From the NCBI RefSeq assembly GCF_001194135.2, contig NC_068984.1, forward strand, positions 30,156,693 to 30,220,692: 64,000 bases of DNA, given 5' to 3'. Made by a program: the position numbers and the translations under genes. Shown piece by piece: positions 13,906-27,503 of this stretch. Position 1 is the first letter of the stretch. Every line of letters starts with the position of its first letter. The DNA is from Octopus bimaculoides (taxonomy: Eukaryota). The notes beneath the pieces were generated by a model. That model saw only the letters and a list, made by a program, of their open reading frames with translations. It did no database searches and was not told the DNA's origin.

Positions 13906-14999
13906 CATAGAGAGAGAGATGTACAGAGTTATATATACCAATATATGTATGCAGGATGTATATATAAATATATACACATCCATATGTGTATGCATATATG
14001 TGTATCATTGTACGTATTTGTGCTATTGGTTCGTTGGCTTTATACATGAAGAATAGCGCTTCTTAGAGAAAACACAAGTATATAGTATTTTTATCAATTT
14101 TATATTTTTCTTCATATTTTCGCATGCAAGAAATTCATAGAAAAAATATGAGAAAAACTTTAGAAAAAAGATAAAGCTAGAATACGGTCGTGTTTTCAAT
14201 AAGACTAAAATATATCGATATGTGTTCATGTGTTTGTATGTTTTTGTACGTTTGTGTGTGTATGTGTATTTGTATGTTTGTGCGTATGCGTTTATGTGTG
14301 CACGCGTGTGTGTGTGCGCGGGCACGCTTACCTGTGCGTGTATATGTGTGAGTGTGTGGATTGGGGGAAATATTGTGCTTAGAAACGAATAGAAAAGTTC
14401 TGATCGCATAGAATTTTTATATTTTACTCGAAGCTGAAACTTCTTGATACGTTACTTGCATAATATTCAAACGATTGAAGTAGATATCATGATATCTTTG
14501 GTCTACGGGAAATGATTATTTATAAGATTTTGGAAAATCCATTAACGCCGTAAAAGACAGTGGCTTCTGAGATGATATTAGTGTTATAACGAGGTAAAGA
14601 AACCGTTACTATGAATATTATAAATTTGAATACTGTATATTGCGAATATCTCAATGATACGTTAACATCGCTGCATGCTTTCTTTTCACGTGATTATGTA
14701 AATTTAAAGTGGCTATTAGTTCCATGTGAGTGAAGTACAACCTGTCAGTTACAGGATCACATTCGAACATTATAACCTTTGGATAAATTCCGTATCACAT
14801 GGTACAGCAATGACATCGCTGTTGAGATCCGAAAGTTTGCTGACTAATCTGAACCTTGTCGAAGCAAATATATGATATTTAGTAACCACCTCTCTATATA
14901 TAAAAGTAATAATAATACTTATTATTATAAGCATGAACGTGGTAGCCCGAAGGAGACAAATATATTTTTATCAAGAGCTGGTATCGAGGATATACTGAA

Positions 15000-16300
15000 T
15001 TGTTTCTAAGGATTAATTTGACACAGCAGATGGACATACGTTTCAGGGATACAGGGGAAATGATATTATATAATGTAGGAACTAAAACAAAGTTGATCAC
15101 TGCAGAAAGAACTAGATTTATGTCTTTGCATCAGCAATCCTCTAAACAAGCTATTTATTTTTGTGTCATTTTCGTAAAGGTGCTATTTTCTGAGCTCGGT
15201 CAAGATAACGAAAGAACTGAAGAAGAATTTACACAAGTAAAAGTCACTGAGAGCAATCATTATACAGATCAAGAAAGCTGGAACAGTTACAGTTAGGGAA
15301 TTTATCTCTCGAAGTTTCTGTGAACTTCCTACACCAAGAGATGATATCGAATTAAGAGTCGATATTTTTCATGAAATAAAACCAAGAGTTGCCAATGCTT
15401 ATCACCTTACCAAAACAAAGGAGTTTTTTTTTAATGCAAAATATGTGATTACATGAATTTGTTGAATGGAAAATGTTCTGCACTTGTAAAAAAGAATGAT
15501 AATTGTGCAATAAAATCCATCTTTATCGTTTTGTAACTTTTAAAACTATATCGAACGTGTTGAACAAATTGAGCATAAAAGCTCTGACAGAAACAAATAT
15601 ATTTACGTTACAATACAAAGAAAAACACACCTTAATGTATATTATCAGTTTAGATATGCTAGTGGATACCAGTAGTGCGATCACATTAATTCTCAGCAAC
15701 TTCTGGATATTTATTGGTCAAATTAAACATCACGAAATCCATCTGCAACTTCTCCATTTTGATAGATCAGATTTTTTAAAGCCCTCTAGAAATATGGACC
15801 CGATATGAAACTATGCAAGTAGTGGAATAGAACCTTGATGAAAACCAAGATTTTGTCAAAGCTGATATATTTACTATTAATCAACTGTATTGTGTGTGAT
15901 ATCGAAGATATCGGAGTGTTAGAAGATCGTGAGATATATATAAGAACGATTGAAAGAAAATATACACGCACCAGATTTTAAGTCGCGAAAAATGTCAGTT
16001 TATATTTTCTCAAAAGTAGTTATAGGAAATGAAAACTGATTGTTAAGGTACGGCATATGAACACATATTCCACTTGGTGTTTGCGAGTTGCTGTACTCTT
16101 TTGTAGTTGTAAGAAAACCAGACGGGAACTGGCGTATCAATTGTGTTTACAGAAACGACGTTAATCAAACTTTTTCGAACACTTGAATATCCTCTATTAT
16201 TGAATTTGCTCTCTTAGTGTAAACGTTCAGATGTGAACACAACAATATTTTATAAAGTCTGATTGACACGACACAGGATAGAATACATCACCGGCAGAGC
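15000..16300 (+). mobile_element. Decayed Ty3/gypsy LTR-retrotransposon pol (RT N-terminus); upstream gag-like region uncertain
   Basis: 16040-16170 translates to LLRYGI..HIP..VVVRKPDGNWRINCVYRNDVN, resembling the gypsy RT motif GII.P..S.WASP.V.V.K.DG.WR.C.DYR.LN. No LTRs seen; the upstream boundary is a guess. Confidence 0.5.
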
Positions 16301-16549
16301 CTTGCTAATATTCATAAGCGTAAAATTATCCCCTATATAGGATAAATATTCGTTCGCATTTTATGTGAATTACAGTGACTTCTAGTAGAAAAATATTGAT
16401 TTCTGTTTCCAATATTCAAGATGTATATTTTCATTCAGTCTTCTTATTTCAGCTGTGCTACCTTATATAAAACCTTTTAGCACTCAAGCATCTTCAACGT
16501 CGGACAATACCGTTAGTTAATTTTGTACCGTCAACATTTAATACATTGG

Positions 16550-17220
16550 CTTGATCAAAGCCATGACTTTCATCACTGTCCTCTTCTACTACTTGTAAAC
16601 TTTCATACCGGATTCACATTTCTAGAGCACATTAAAAAAGTTTCATCCATAAACTGGAAAGTTGCACATGTATTTTGCGAAGTCTGAGTTGACCAGTGAA
16701 TATCTAAATATTTCTGAGAATTATCGTATCTCCGCTAGTATTATCCATATGAATATTTAGAAAGACATTATTCAGTTTAACTTCAATTAAGTTGATTTAC
16801 TTCTTTGCCTTGAAGTGTAAATACAATTGCTTCAGTTTTACAGCTTTTATCCTCCGTCTGTTAAAACATCTTCCATATATCTCTGTATATTACAATAATA
16901 TTAGTTCCGGTATTCTGCTCATGATCATTAGGTTATGCTTTTGATTGCTGGACCGAATGACACTTTTTGTCCCTGAGCAAGGCATCTTTCCATATATCTT
17001 CATTCTACTCAGCAAGCTGCTGGTGTAGCCTCCAGCTATCCCATCCTCGATATTTTGCTAGGTTAAACATAGGAGCGCCTACAATATATCTTGTTTGCTA
17101 GCAACAACTAATGCATCTAAAACAACTGCAAAAACGTGACACAAGCTTCCTTCCAAACAAACTTCTTCACGAGCACAAACATTTGTCCTGGCTATCTCTA
17201 CTGACATTATCATGAACATT
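16550..17220 (-). mobile_element. Decayed RTE-clade LINE RT fragment
   Basis: Minus frame gives EGSLCHVFAVVLDAL..DIL*ALL...SRMKIYGK, resembling the RTE motif QGS.LSP.LF.VV.DAL....PWELLYADD...KVN.GK; many stops. Confidence 0.4.
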
Positions 17221-17469
17221 ATAGAACATATAATAATCTAAACTTTCTAACCGCACATAAATACAATAATCTAATAGGCATTACGCTGAAGTAATTTACT
17301 CTTCTCCAGATCAAATCTCTTCCAACATCGCATACTACAACAACAATAGCGGAAAAATAAAGGAAAAAAAACACTATATATACACCACATTTACCTTTAC
17401 ACTAAGATTCCACCAATTCTTGAAAAATAAGCCTGTCGATTAAGACTCTCGTGTTAACATTTTGAACGT

Positions 17470-17570
17470 GTAGTGGCGCGAAATTATAGCCGCTATTGGG
17501 GAAGTACTATTCTGCGCATGCGCAGGGGACTTCACCACAGGAAGCCCCTCGAGTTGCGCATGCGTAATAA
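17470..17570. promoter_or_regulatory. Candidate housekeeping-type promoter (two NRF1-like palindromes plus an E2F-like site)
   Basis: tggcgcgaaa (17474-17483), tgcgcatgcgca (17513-17524), tgcgcatgcgta (17555-17566), in locally GC/CpG-rich sequence. TSS and direction cannot be determined. Confidence 0.5.
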
Positions 17571-18799
17571 AACTCGTACTTAAAGAGAGAGTTTCATTTT
17601 CTCAGCGAGTTGAGCCTGAGACCTTCGACGTGACAACACCTCGCTCCTCCACGAAGCACTCTTCACCACGATGCCTTCGATGATGATAGCTACTTGCTTC
17701 TCTTGCAGGCATCAAGGAAGCCCTTAACCTTCCATTACCAAACTATAAATTAATCAGCGGCTGCTAAGCTGAATGACAGGAATTGTGAAACCAAGCATCA
17801 TCATGAATAAAACCTTTTTATTATGTTGTTAATTATTCTAATGTCTCTTCATATATAATGCTGTTGAAAGGTGATAGAGAGAGATTAAAGCCTCTATGAC
17901 AACTATCAAAACTTTTTACAAATGCAACTAACGGTTGCACTATGCTTAATAGTATTCAACGCAACTATACAATACAGGCTACTATCAACTTCAAGATAAC
18001 TTTTACTCAACATAACTACTCCATTAGGTTCTTCACATTTACTTCCTTGTCTCGTTTTTATGCAGAAACATTGAGACAAGAAAGATTAAAACCCAGAGCA
18101 TTCTCGTCATTACTTCTTATTCACTCTGGGCGTGTAACTACATTCTTTCCAAATGAAACTGCGCATACCGCTCATCCCAGTATATCTCATAACAAGAAGA
18201 CTTAACTTTCATGGCGTTGTCGTCAATGGGCCAGTCTTTCCTTTTAATATTAAACTAGTAGATGTGTGTGTGTGTGTGTACGTTTGCAAGTGTGTACTGT
18301 GTCCGTAACTGTGTTAACGTCTATGCCACTTAAAGAGCAATGCTAATGTCCTTGACCTATAAACAAGTGTACGCACACTGTCATATATAAACAGCCAAGG
18401 ACAAACACACATACCTATAATTGATTGAATACGTAGAATGGGTTGACCAGGTCAGCACAATCTTCATCAATGTTAGCGCTGTAAACGTATTAATTAAACA
18501 TGACTGCGTATGCTGCATTCAATTCTGCTACAAAAACAAATATGCCTGGGACGATAGGTAAGAGATATCTCCTGTATATGTTTAAACTCGTTGCCTGTAT
18601 ATGCATATATTCGTTGGAAGAAATATTTTAAATTTTATTTCCTTTTCTGACAGAAAATTTAATAAAAACTAAGCAGTAAGCATTAAAAGCCGGTTGTCAT
18701 TGTTACAAGGTTGGTTGTAAGTTGATTGTTTGTGAATATGTTAAACAGCATGGAAATTGTAGTTCTTAGAGTTTTGTGTGATCGAAAGATTAGTGACAG

Positions 18800-19150
18800 A
18801 CTGGCGGAAACATAAACAAACACTCAAGAAAAGCCACAGACAAACGTGCTAAGCGATATATTGTCTTCCCATATGAGAAATTGCATAAAGTTTTATATGC
18901 TTGGCTATGTGAATTACGCTCAAACAGAATATTTGTCTCGTACATGACTGTTAGAACAAATACTTCACACATGTTCATGGATAGATGTAAATATAATATT
19001 ACTAAATACGCCATGTCTCAGCTAGGTGGTGCTGGAGATTCATAAACAGAAACAGCCTAGCATTACATAAGAGAGCCGTTTCACTATAGACTGTAATCAA
19101 TAAATTCGTGGACACCTCAAACCACAGTGTGAATTTTATAAACGAAGTTT
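18800..19150 (+). mobile_element. pogo/Tigger (CENP-B-type HTH) transposase remnant
   Basis: Frame from about 18842 reads KRYIVFPYEKLHKVLYAWLCELRSNRIFVS, then after a frameshift ARWCWRFINRNSLALHK, matching the YE.LE..L..W....R..G.PVS and AS.GW..RF..R patterns. Confidence 0.6.
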
Positions 19151-19599
19151 AATAAAGTTCATTAGACCCAATGTGCGCATTTTATTCTAACACAGTCTTA
19201 ATAATTTATATACACAACCACCATGTGTGCATAAAAGCAGTTCTTTATCAACTAGTTTTAAGCCTAATGCCTATTCGTTGATGTGTATATTGTTAGCCAA
19301 ACAGCAGTGACGATTTAAAAGTATCATATCCTTTACTCGTACCAGATATAAATCTTGGTAACATATTGCTATATCAACAGTTTCAAAACATTGCAATGAT
19401 TGGCAATTATTTTGGATGCCTTTCAGTGTAAAATGCAGCCACAAGCACAGTTGTAAACAATATTCACAGATAGCTGCATGTAAGCCAATGGCTTGCAGTA
19501 GAAGTGATTTACACTGTCATTGTGTGAGATGTTTTCATTTTAACTCATCCAAGCTTAAATACCCCAATATCGGCTCCACAAGGCCTTTTTGCTCCAGCG

Positions 19600-21020
19600 G
19601 TCACATGACATCGTGATTAAACGAACCTGCTGTTTGTAATAGTCGGCTTCCAACTGTCCAACCGCATTGGCGCAACATTTTATTTTTCCTTGCGCGAGAA
19701 ATTAATCACCAGCTTCTGGGAGCCCACTATTCTCTATTAGTGCGGCAGTTCTCGACTGTTCTAGGTCTTTGGTACTCGCCACTGGCCACGTGCAACTCGT
19801 CTCCAGCAACGGTGTAACACCAGCCACTCTCCGTTTACATCTCCACCAGACGCCTGTCTGCATCATTGCTGTATGAACATCACATGACCAACAGACCAAC
19901 GGCTGTCTCTACACACCACCAACAGTACGTCAACTATGTCTCCAACATCAACAATCCAGCCTAACCACGACGTTCTGTCACACATCTTTGTAATAACCTG
20001 TTATTTTTTGTCAGTTCATGTATGGCAATCATTGTATTTTATAACTGAGAATAAAACATCGCTTACCAGTTCAGTTTCAATCTCAAGTTGTATATATCTC
20101 ATTCCAACATTATCCTCATTAACCATTCTCGTTATAGGTTAATAGACACAAAACTATTGGCTGTCTCTTACATGGATCAACTTGAATGCATGCCGCTTAA
20201 CACCTGTCACTCATACGTCTTCTCGAGGTTCATCGACGACATCCTTCTGGGAGGAGGCGACCGCCATACATCAATACTTCAGCAACATCGACAACCATAT
20301 CAAATTCGAAGTCGAACACCCGGACGAGTTCGGAATCCTTTCTCTCTCTAGATTTCCAAATCAAAATCAAAGTGGAGTATTACGTCAACACAATTTTTTA
20401 TAGAAAAGCGACAGTTACGAATCAGCCCTGCCCACCAGAGCCAAAGCCGCATATATGCAGAATGAAATCACACGTATAAGAGACAGATGTAACGAAGCAA
20501 CGGACCAAGCTACCAATACCAAGCGGTTCCTCAGGAACTTAGCACACAACGGCTATCCATCATCTGCAGCTGAACGACTATATCAACGAAACACGAAACA
20601 CAATAAAGCCCATAACACCAAATCCAACAAGGAAACAACACATTTGAATAAAGCAGCATATGCACACAAACACTTCAAAAAATAAACACCTTCGGAAGTG
20701 CCAACCCTGAATTTCAAAGTTTCCATCAAGGCAACCCAACGCAACGGGGGAAATCTAAGAATCATTGGGACCTTCCTTATAAACAATTTGAGACCAGCCA
20801 TGAACAACAAGAAGGAGCTTCACGAAGCAGACTGGTTGCTATACAAGCACCAGTCTGCACATCTCACCTTCCTTCTTCTCCCCCTAACTCCTTTCTCTAC
20901 ATACGTCAGCTTCACCTTTTTCCATTATCCCTTTTACCAACTGTCCTGTAGAAGGGTTTCTCTACCTCAAATATAGAAATACAATATAAAACTGCAATGT
21001 TGTTTTGTTTTACTCTTCCT
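19600..21020 (+). mobile_element. Penelope-like retroelement (PLE) remnant
   Basis: VFSRFIDDILL (RT catalytic block), HQYFSNIDNHIKFEVEH, FYRKAT, MQNEITRIRDRCNE..FLRNLAHNGYP (typical PLE post-RT thumb region), ending with ctgtagaagg..aaa typical of PLE 3' ends. Confidence 0.8.
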
Positions 21021-21147
21021 TTTGTAGTTTACTTCGTGCCTTCTCGCATTGTTCCAGCCTTCTTACACACCAACCTTCTTTAAAGTTATACCGAACAATG
21101 CTTCACCAAAACTACCTCATTTTAACACACACACACACAGAGACACA

Positions 21148-21181
<34 letters not shown>

Positions 21182-21217
21182 AATACATACATACATACAT
21201 ATATATATATAATTCTA

Positions 21218-21760
21218 CAGGGTAACAAAATTATAGAAATGTTCTACCAGTGGCTAGCATGCATATTAAAGTCAATAGAAACATATTTTTCAATATAACA
21301 TTAGTGTACATTTTTATACTTTTTATACACAAAAGAGGTGAGCCTAAGAGAACACCTTACATGATAAAAGGAGCAGTCAAAGCTCAAACTACGGTTAAGA
21401 GTAATTTCGAAGGGGATGAAAAGTAAAAACATTCCCAATAGTTACCACATGTACCAAGATTTCAAACATCAATGAACAAATATAATAAATTGCCATCTGT
21501 GTTCTCATCGGCATGGACGCTATAATCAATATATATTTGTGGAACACTGTAGACAGCACATGTTCCATCTATATATATTATATATGTAGCGTCCATGCTG
21601 ATGAGAACACGTGCACCTTTTAGTATGTAAGAAGTCCTGTTAGGCTCACCTCTTTTGTGTATAAAAATGCACACTAATCTTATATGAAAAATATGCTGTC
21701 TATTGACTCTGTTATGCTTGCTAGCCACTGGTAGAAAATTTCTATGATTTTTCTACCCTA
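21218..21760. mobile_element. Foldback MITE with long inverted arms, TA-flanked
   Basis: Arms 21218-21377 plus 21499-21546 pair with 21611-21760 plus 21561-21610; termini cagggta / tacccta; TA at 21216-17 and 21761-62. Confidence 0.8.
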
Positions 21761-21867
21761 TATATTTTCTTAATATAATTTTCGTAATTTTGAAGAATGT
21801 TGGCACATATATTTTTATCTGTTGACGGCTATAACTGCGCTTGTGCGGTGGATTTGAAAAATTATAA

Positions 21868-22078
21868 TGTATGTAGACGGAAAAGCTCCTGGCTTTGTGT
21901 AAAAGAAAATACAGGAGGATCAGTCAATTATGATTTTATTCAACATGTTCTGAGATTCATACACTTATTGCAAGCGGTCTTTCACTTTTTGTAAGCCCTG
22001 TAAAAGGACTCGGATGGTTGGGCAGCCAGGCCTTTCGTGATACCCTTAAAGCCAGGAACTTTTCAGCAGCCCCTCGTA
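21868..22078. mobile_element. Mariner-derived MITE (same family as 54342-54552)
   Basis: Left gaaaagctcctggcttt; right aaagccaggaacttttcagcagcccctcgta ending in TA. Confidence 0.75.
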
Positions 22079-25000
22079 CACAGAGAGAGAGAGTGAGAGA
22101 GGATATAGCTTCCTTTCAGATTCGGAGAAAATGGGCTGTCACTAAAATGTAAAGGTCTAAATGGCAACACTTTGTCAGAATATAACAATCTAAATAATTG
22201 AACACTATTTTTATCGTTTAGTCGTTCAGAATCCTTATCAAGTTCTTTAATACTTTACTTTTAATTAGTTTTCTCCTGCATAATAAATGTGGGAAAATGT
22301 CTAAGACGGAAAGCAATTTGTATAGTGTATAGCATCGATATACAACTAAGATACTGTAAGGCATCTTAGCCCTATTCCTTAAAATTCCCATTACAACATT
22401 TTTGGAAGCCGTTACATTATGTTCTTTATAGGTGTAAAGTAAAACTGATCCTAGATTAGTTCTCTAAGTCAGAAACACATTTGAAATTGCTTCGAACCTT
22501 CTTCAGTCTGTAAATATATAGTCATTTGCACACATGAATTCACAGATTTTCTGACATGACATACATGCAATTATACACTCACACGCACTTGAACATAAAT
22601 ATATAGTTGTATGTATGGAGTGAAATGGTTTTTGAGTGTTATCTCTAACGTGATATATCAGAAATCTATTTTATTTCTTTAGATAATTCTGGTGCCATAC
22701 TGATTACTCTAAAACTTTTTGACTTTAGAATGTAAGTAATTAATTCAATATCCTTAGAAAATATTTCCATGCAATAGTCTGGCTCATGTGATGCTAGTGA
22801 ATTACTGCTATATGTATGCAACGATGCTGTCTTATTATTACAGCACCTTTTCAAATACTGTTCAGAATCTCAATCAGTGAGAAACAGACTTGATTAAAAT
22901 GATTGACAAAACATTCTTTATTTGGACATTACATCCATTTTTTTTTTAATATTTCTGATCACATGATAAACTTTCATCAGTGCCAAATATTCTCATCAGA
23001 ATGAAAACTCAAATAATGATATAACTATTTAATACCTTTTGAATCTAATTTGAAAGCACACATGTCTCAATGAGTTATCTATGTAATAGACTACTGATCG
23101 TGAGAACTATTCATAAATTCAAACCTCAGTACTGGTTTTGTGATGATTGCATACACAAAGCAACCATGATGAGGATGATGATGATGATGATACCAAGCCA
23201 CAATAATGTGCATGTTTCCGTCTCTGTATATAAAGTTGCATAAATTAGAACCTGATGAATTAGCATTAAAATAGGTTAGCATGAAATTGTAAAGTATTCA
23301 AACAATTCAAATCATTTAAATATTCAAGTTTAGAAATCTTTATAGCAATTGCAAGGGTTTGTGAAAATTTTTAAATGTGATTTATGCTGAATAGACAAGA
23401 AAGAAATTTAATATAGTTTTAGCTTTCTGACCGAGGTTTAAGATTAAAAGATAGAACAATGCTTCAACATGTAAAAACTGAAAAATTTCATTCGCTTAGT
23501 TGCTTAAGTTGATAGGTTTGAAACTTAGAGATTTTAGCTAAAATTCTCTTTTTATTAAACTGATCAAATACCTGTGTCACAGGTGTGATATAATCTCTGC
23601 AATCAAACAGGAGAATAGTTCTGCCAAGTCAATATCAACGACAATGAATAGCTAGAAATGTGTGCCTTATAGATGCCTTACTAACATCTACAAAAGTAAG
23701 CATAAACATATGACCTATTTTCCAGGAAACCAGAAATTGTTAGATTAAGATAATAACCAATACTTATTGTACAAAGCTTTTGTAAAGTCGCTTTTCATTG
23801 GCAGATAAGCTTTATTAGAGCAAAATTTATCTTGTATCACATTTCAAGCAGAACAAATCACCGAAAATCTCTAGATTTCAAGAAATTATCAAGTGAGATT
23901 TAGATATCTTACATATAGTTTCAGATGCTATAACTGACAGTAAAACAGAACACAGGTAACAGCAGAATAAAACTATTTGAGTCTTATCTTTTTTGTTTCT
24001 TTGTACAAATTTTGGTGTACCAAGGATCATCTACGCATAGAATGAATCCATTATTGTCAGCAATTTTCATTCAAATATGAAACAATTTGTTTGATTGCAT
24101 TTGAATGCAGACAAAATCCATTGTAATAACTGGTTGGCTGTTATTGCTGCTAATATTTCTCTTTTTCCCAATGGAACAGTTAACTTCCTAAATAAGTATA
24201 CTGAAATTCGCTAACGAAATCCATGATAAATGGAACACATTCAAATCAATTTTTCTCAATATCTCAGGTATTTTTCCATCTTGATGTCCATACAGAAGGA
24301 TCTTAACTGCTGTTTCACCATCCCTTCCTATGTTACAATCCAGCCATAATCGTAAAATTGATTGCAACATTCTGTTTTATCTTTAAGGTCTGGAAAGTAG
24401 ATATCTATAGGACCATTTGAGAATGATTAATTAAAACACTTTGTTTGGCCATATGAGAAATCTTTGCTTCTTGAACAAAAATCAAAGATAATATTCCAAA
24501 TACAATTATATTGATGTGCTGCAGTTTGTAGAATGTTGACTATTTAACTCCAAGGAAACATCTCCGTCTGTGATGATACAGTAATGCTGAATTATAGCTG
24601 AGAGTCACTCTCCAGTTTTTTTATTGATAATTCTTGACTTAATGAATTGTGGCCATAGCATTTGATTGCTAGATTGCAACTAACATCAATACAGTTTTTC
24701 TTTTACTTCTTGCTACCAACATATTCTCACTGTTACTTTAAGAACTAAATCTCGACTAATTTCATGCAGAAAGGCTCAGTTTTTCTATTCTAGTAAGAGA
24801 AAAATATTACTATTTCCTGGAACAATTTTTTCATTCAAAATTCCTCCCTGATGACTAAGTGTTTCCCCCAGCAATATTTATTTAATCAATGATAAATACC
24901 ATATTCATAGAATTCAGAAAACTAATGCAAGAAGAATTTCAGCAATTCCAACAAATTTTTATTAATATTAATGGAAACAAGAAATATTAACATGATAAAG

Positions 25001-25932
25001 AAAATATTTGTTATAATTACAGTAAGATAATGTTCACAAAATCTTATAAGATCAAAATATGACATCAGTTAAGCTTCTTTTGATATTGAAAGTGGATTAA
25101 TTTATAAATATGCATAAGTTTCATTTAGAATTACAATAATAATATCTAGTTGTGTAGCAAAAATTCTAATATTCAGTCTTTTATCTCTTATATGTTCCAG
25201 TCACTGTACTGTGTCCATGCTGCGGCACTGTCCAGTACTTGTATTTTTAAAACCTGCATTGGTCACTTTTGCCAAATGGCTAAATTGCAGGGTATGTTAG
25301 CATGTTAGAAAAATTTGTTTTGAACATTTAAATCACACAGAAATGTTCTCATGTAACTTTGCTTTTTTCACAGATTGAAAATATTTAGTTTTTGAGGAGC
25401 TAATGGGGTTAGTGAAAGCAAAGATTCTTTGCTAAATCAGTAAATCTGTGATATCTTACTATTTCCTCTACCATTATCTGTGTAGTATATATCTGTTAAT
25501 TAATGAGCTTGATTTTTGCTTCAAAAGGTTTTCTGTATGACAGCATAAAAACGATGATGATAAGGATGACAACGATGGCAATGATGATATATATATACAC
25601 ATATGTACACATATATAAATTTATATATGTTTTGTAGTGGATTAGGGAAACTTTAAACATTCATTTATGTTAATCTAATTAACTTTAGTGATTTCATTAT
25701 GATACAGAATCCTACATAAGAATAATGCAGTCAAAACAGCTCAACAAATGTGGAAAAGACCTAAACTTTAACAATCTAAAAAGGGTTAGTAAAATAAATT
25801 TTCAGCATTTACCAACACCAATTATACACTAGTGTTGTTTAAATAACGTTAACCACAGTGCTACAATAGATCTTCTAAGAAATACAATGATCAGAATTGT
25901 TAATGAACTCAATATGTCTTCTTTCAAGATTA

Positions 25933-26143
25933 AAGGTGATGAGCTGGCAGAATCATTAGCATGCTGGGTGAAATGCTTAGTGGTATTTTGTCAGCTGCTA
26001 CGTTCTGAGTTCAAATTACACAAAGGTCGACTTTGCCTTTCATTCTTTCAGGGTCGATTAAATAAGTACCAGTAATGCACTAAGGTCGATGTAATCGACT
26101 TAATCCCCTCCCCCAAGCTGCCCTTCTGGCAAAATTTGAAATC
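25933..26143 (+). mobile_element. SINE family A
   Basis: aaggtgatgagctggcagaatc..gtcgactttgcctttcattctttcagggtcgattaaataagtacc..aaaatttgaaatc. Confidence 0.9.
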
Positions 26144-27141
26144 GTTATTTATGTTATTTTACCACATTTTCTTATAAACATACCTCAGTATTATGAAGTA
26201 GCATGTGAAGTTTCACAGATTTGTTGTAGCAAAACCAAACTTACAAATGTTCAAACCAATCAATAAAAGAAATTTTCTTCATGAAATTTAGACAAATACA
26301 CGAATATCAATATTTTAAAATATTCTAAAGCAAAAGTACAAGGCAGTAGTTTTTACTTATTAAGTTACGAAATCTAATTGAGAAATCAAGTTCATTGCAA
26401 TGTCAAACCATGGTAAACATTCACAAACATGCAATTCTTATTGCAATCTAAATGATTAAAAGACCTGAAAAATTCTGATACAATGATTGAATGGTATCTG
26501 AGAAGGCTAATATAAATTTGTAAGATTTTAAGCCAGAACACATCAGAACAGTTTTAATTATGTTTCACTGTAAGTAATTCAATAGTTTTAATAATAATCC
26601 CAAAGGCAAAATGATATAATATTGCCATTGTGACATATTTGATAGCATAATCTCTACAAAAATATTAGCTCTGCTCTCAATGGTATTTACATGCATTTAT
26701 CTATCTACAATATATGAACAATTTATTTAACTTAAAATGAAAATGACTAGCAAAATAACAATGGCACTACATTGTTATTTAAAGTGCTATTCATAGCAAT
26801 GATACTGTTTGTTGCTTGTAGTTCATGTCTTTCTCTCACCTATTTCTTCTTATATTTATATGTTTGCATTCAATTTATTGTCTAAGAACTGAATTGAAAT
26901 TGCATCTAAGTGTATTAAAAGATTCGCCTGTGTTATATTCTCTTCTCATTCATCCATATAAACATTACAGGAAATTCTTGACCACCTTCCCAAATAGTTA
27001 CAAAGCAATATATAAATTGTTTTGCATCAGAAGATAAACATTGAAACAATGTGATTCCTAAAGCTGAATACTTTTCATAACACAGAATATAGCTATGTAT
27101 ATCAAACTCCTTGTAGCTTTTGAATGATTTTTAATTCTTCC

Positions 27142-27194
27142 AGACTCATGTTTGCACATGGAAGTGAGACTCATGTTTGCACATGGAAGTGAGA
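27142..27194. repeat. 25-bp tandem duplication (agactcatgtttgcacatggaagtg x2)
   Basis: Two perfect copies. Confidence 0.95.
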
Positions 27195-27415
27195 TAAGCA
27201 ACAGACATTAAAAAAATGATAAATTGTTTACCTGTACTAAGTTGATTTACCATTTTATACCAACATTGGAGAGATGATTTTTTTAATACATTTATATATG
27301 AATTTCTTGAAAAAGCATTTTCATTGCTGAATGCCAAACATGATGGTAATAAGTTGATTTTGTATTCTAATCAGTGTCTGTATTTCAGTTTGTCACATTT
27401 TGATGATGATGATGA

Positions 27416-27503
27416 TCATCATCATCATCATCGTTTAACGTCCGCTTTCCATGCTAGCATGGATTGGACGACTTGACTGAGGACTGGTGAAACCGGATGG
27501 CAA
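27416..27503 (-). mobile_element. 5'-truncated RTE-type 3' tail
   Basis: (cat)n-cgtttaacgtccgctttccatgctagcatggattggacg is the reverse complement of the tail at 63360-63420. Confidence 0.85.

Noticed and set aside
13543-14056. Long YI/IY-repeat ORFs (also 9597-9941, 12241-12566, 41318-41791)
   Set aside because: Stop-free (TA)n/(TG)n microsatellites open several frames on both strands at once.
17600-17830. Acceptor cttctcttgcag at about 17708 as an exon of a gene driven by the 17.5-kb motif cluster
   Set aside because: The following GIKEAL and ggctgct..gaaac look more like a decayed Penelope GIY-YIG/3' end; too weak to call either way.
22683-22731. Plus-strand 49-nt exon-like segment (DNSGAILITLKLFDFR); similar segments at 32974-33032 and 54962-54984
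   Set aside because: Splice sites look good, but the strand conflicts with the skew and the minus-strand candidates, the phases do not chain and no homology is recognised. Not excluded without RNA data.
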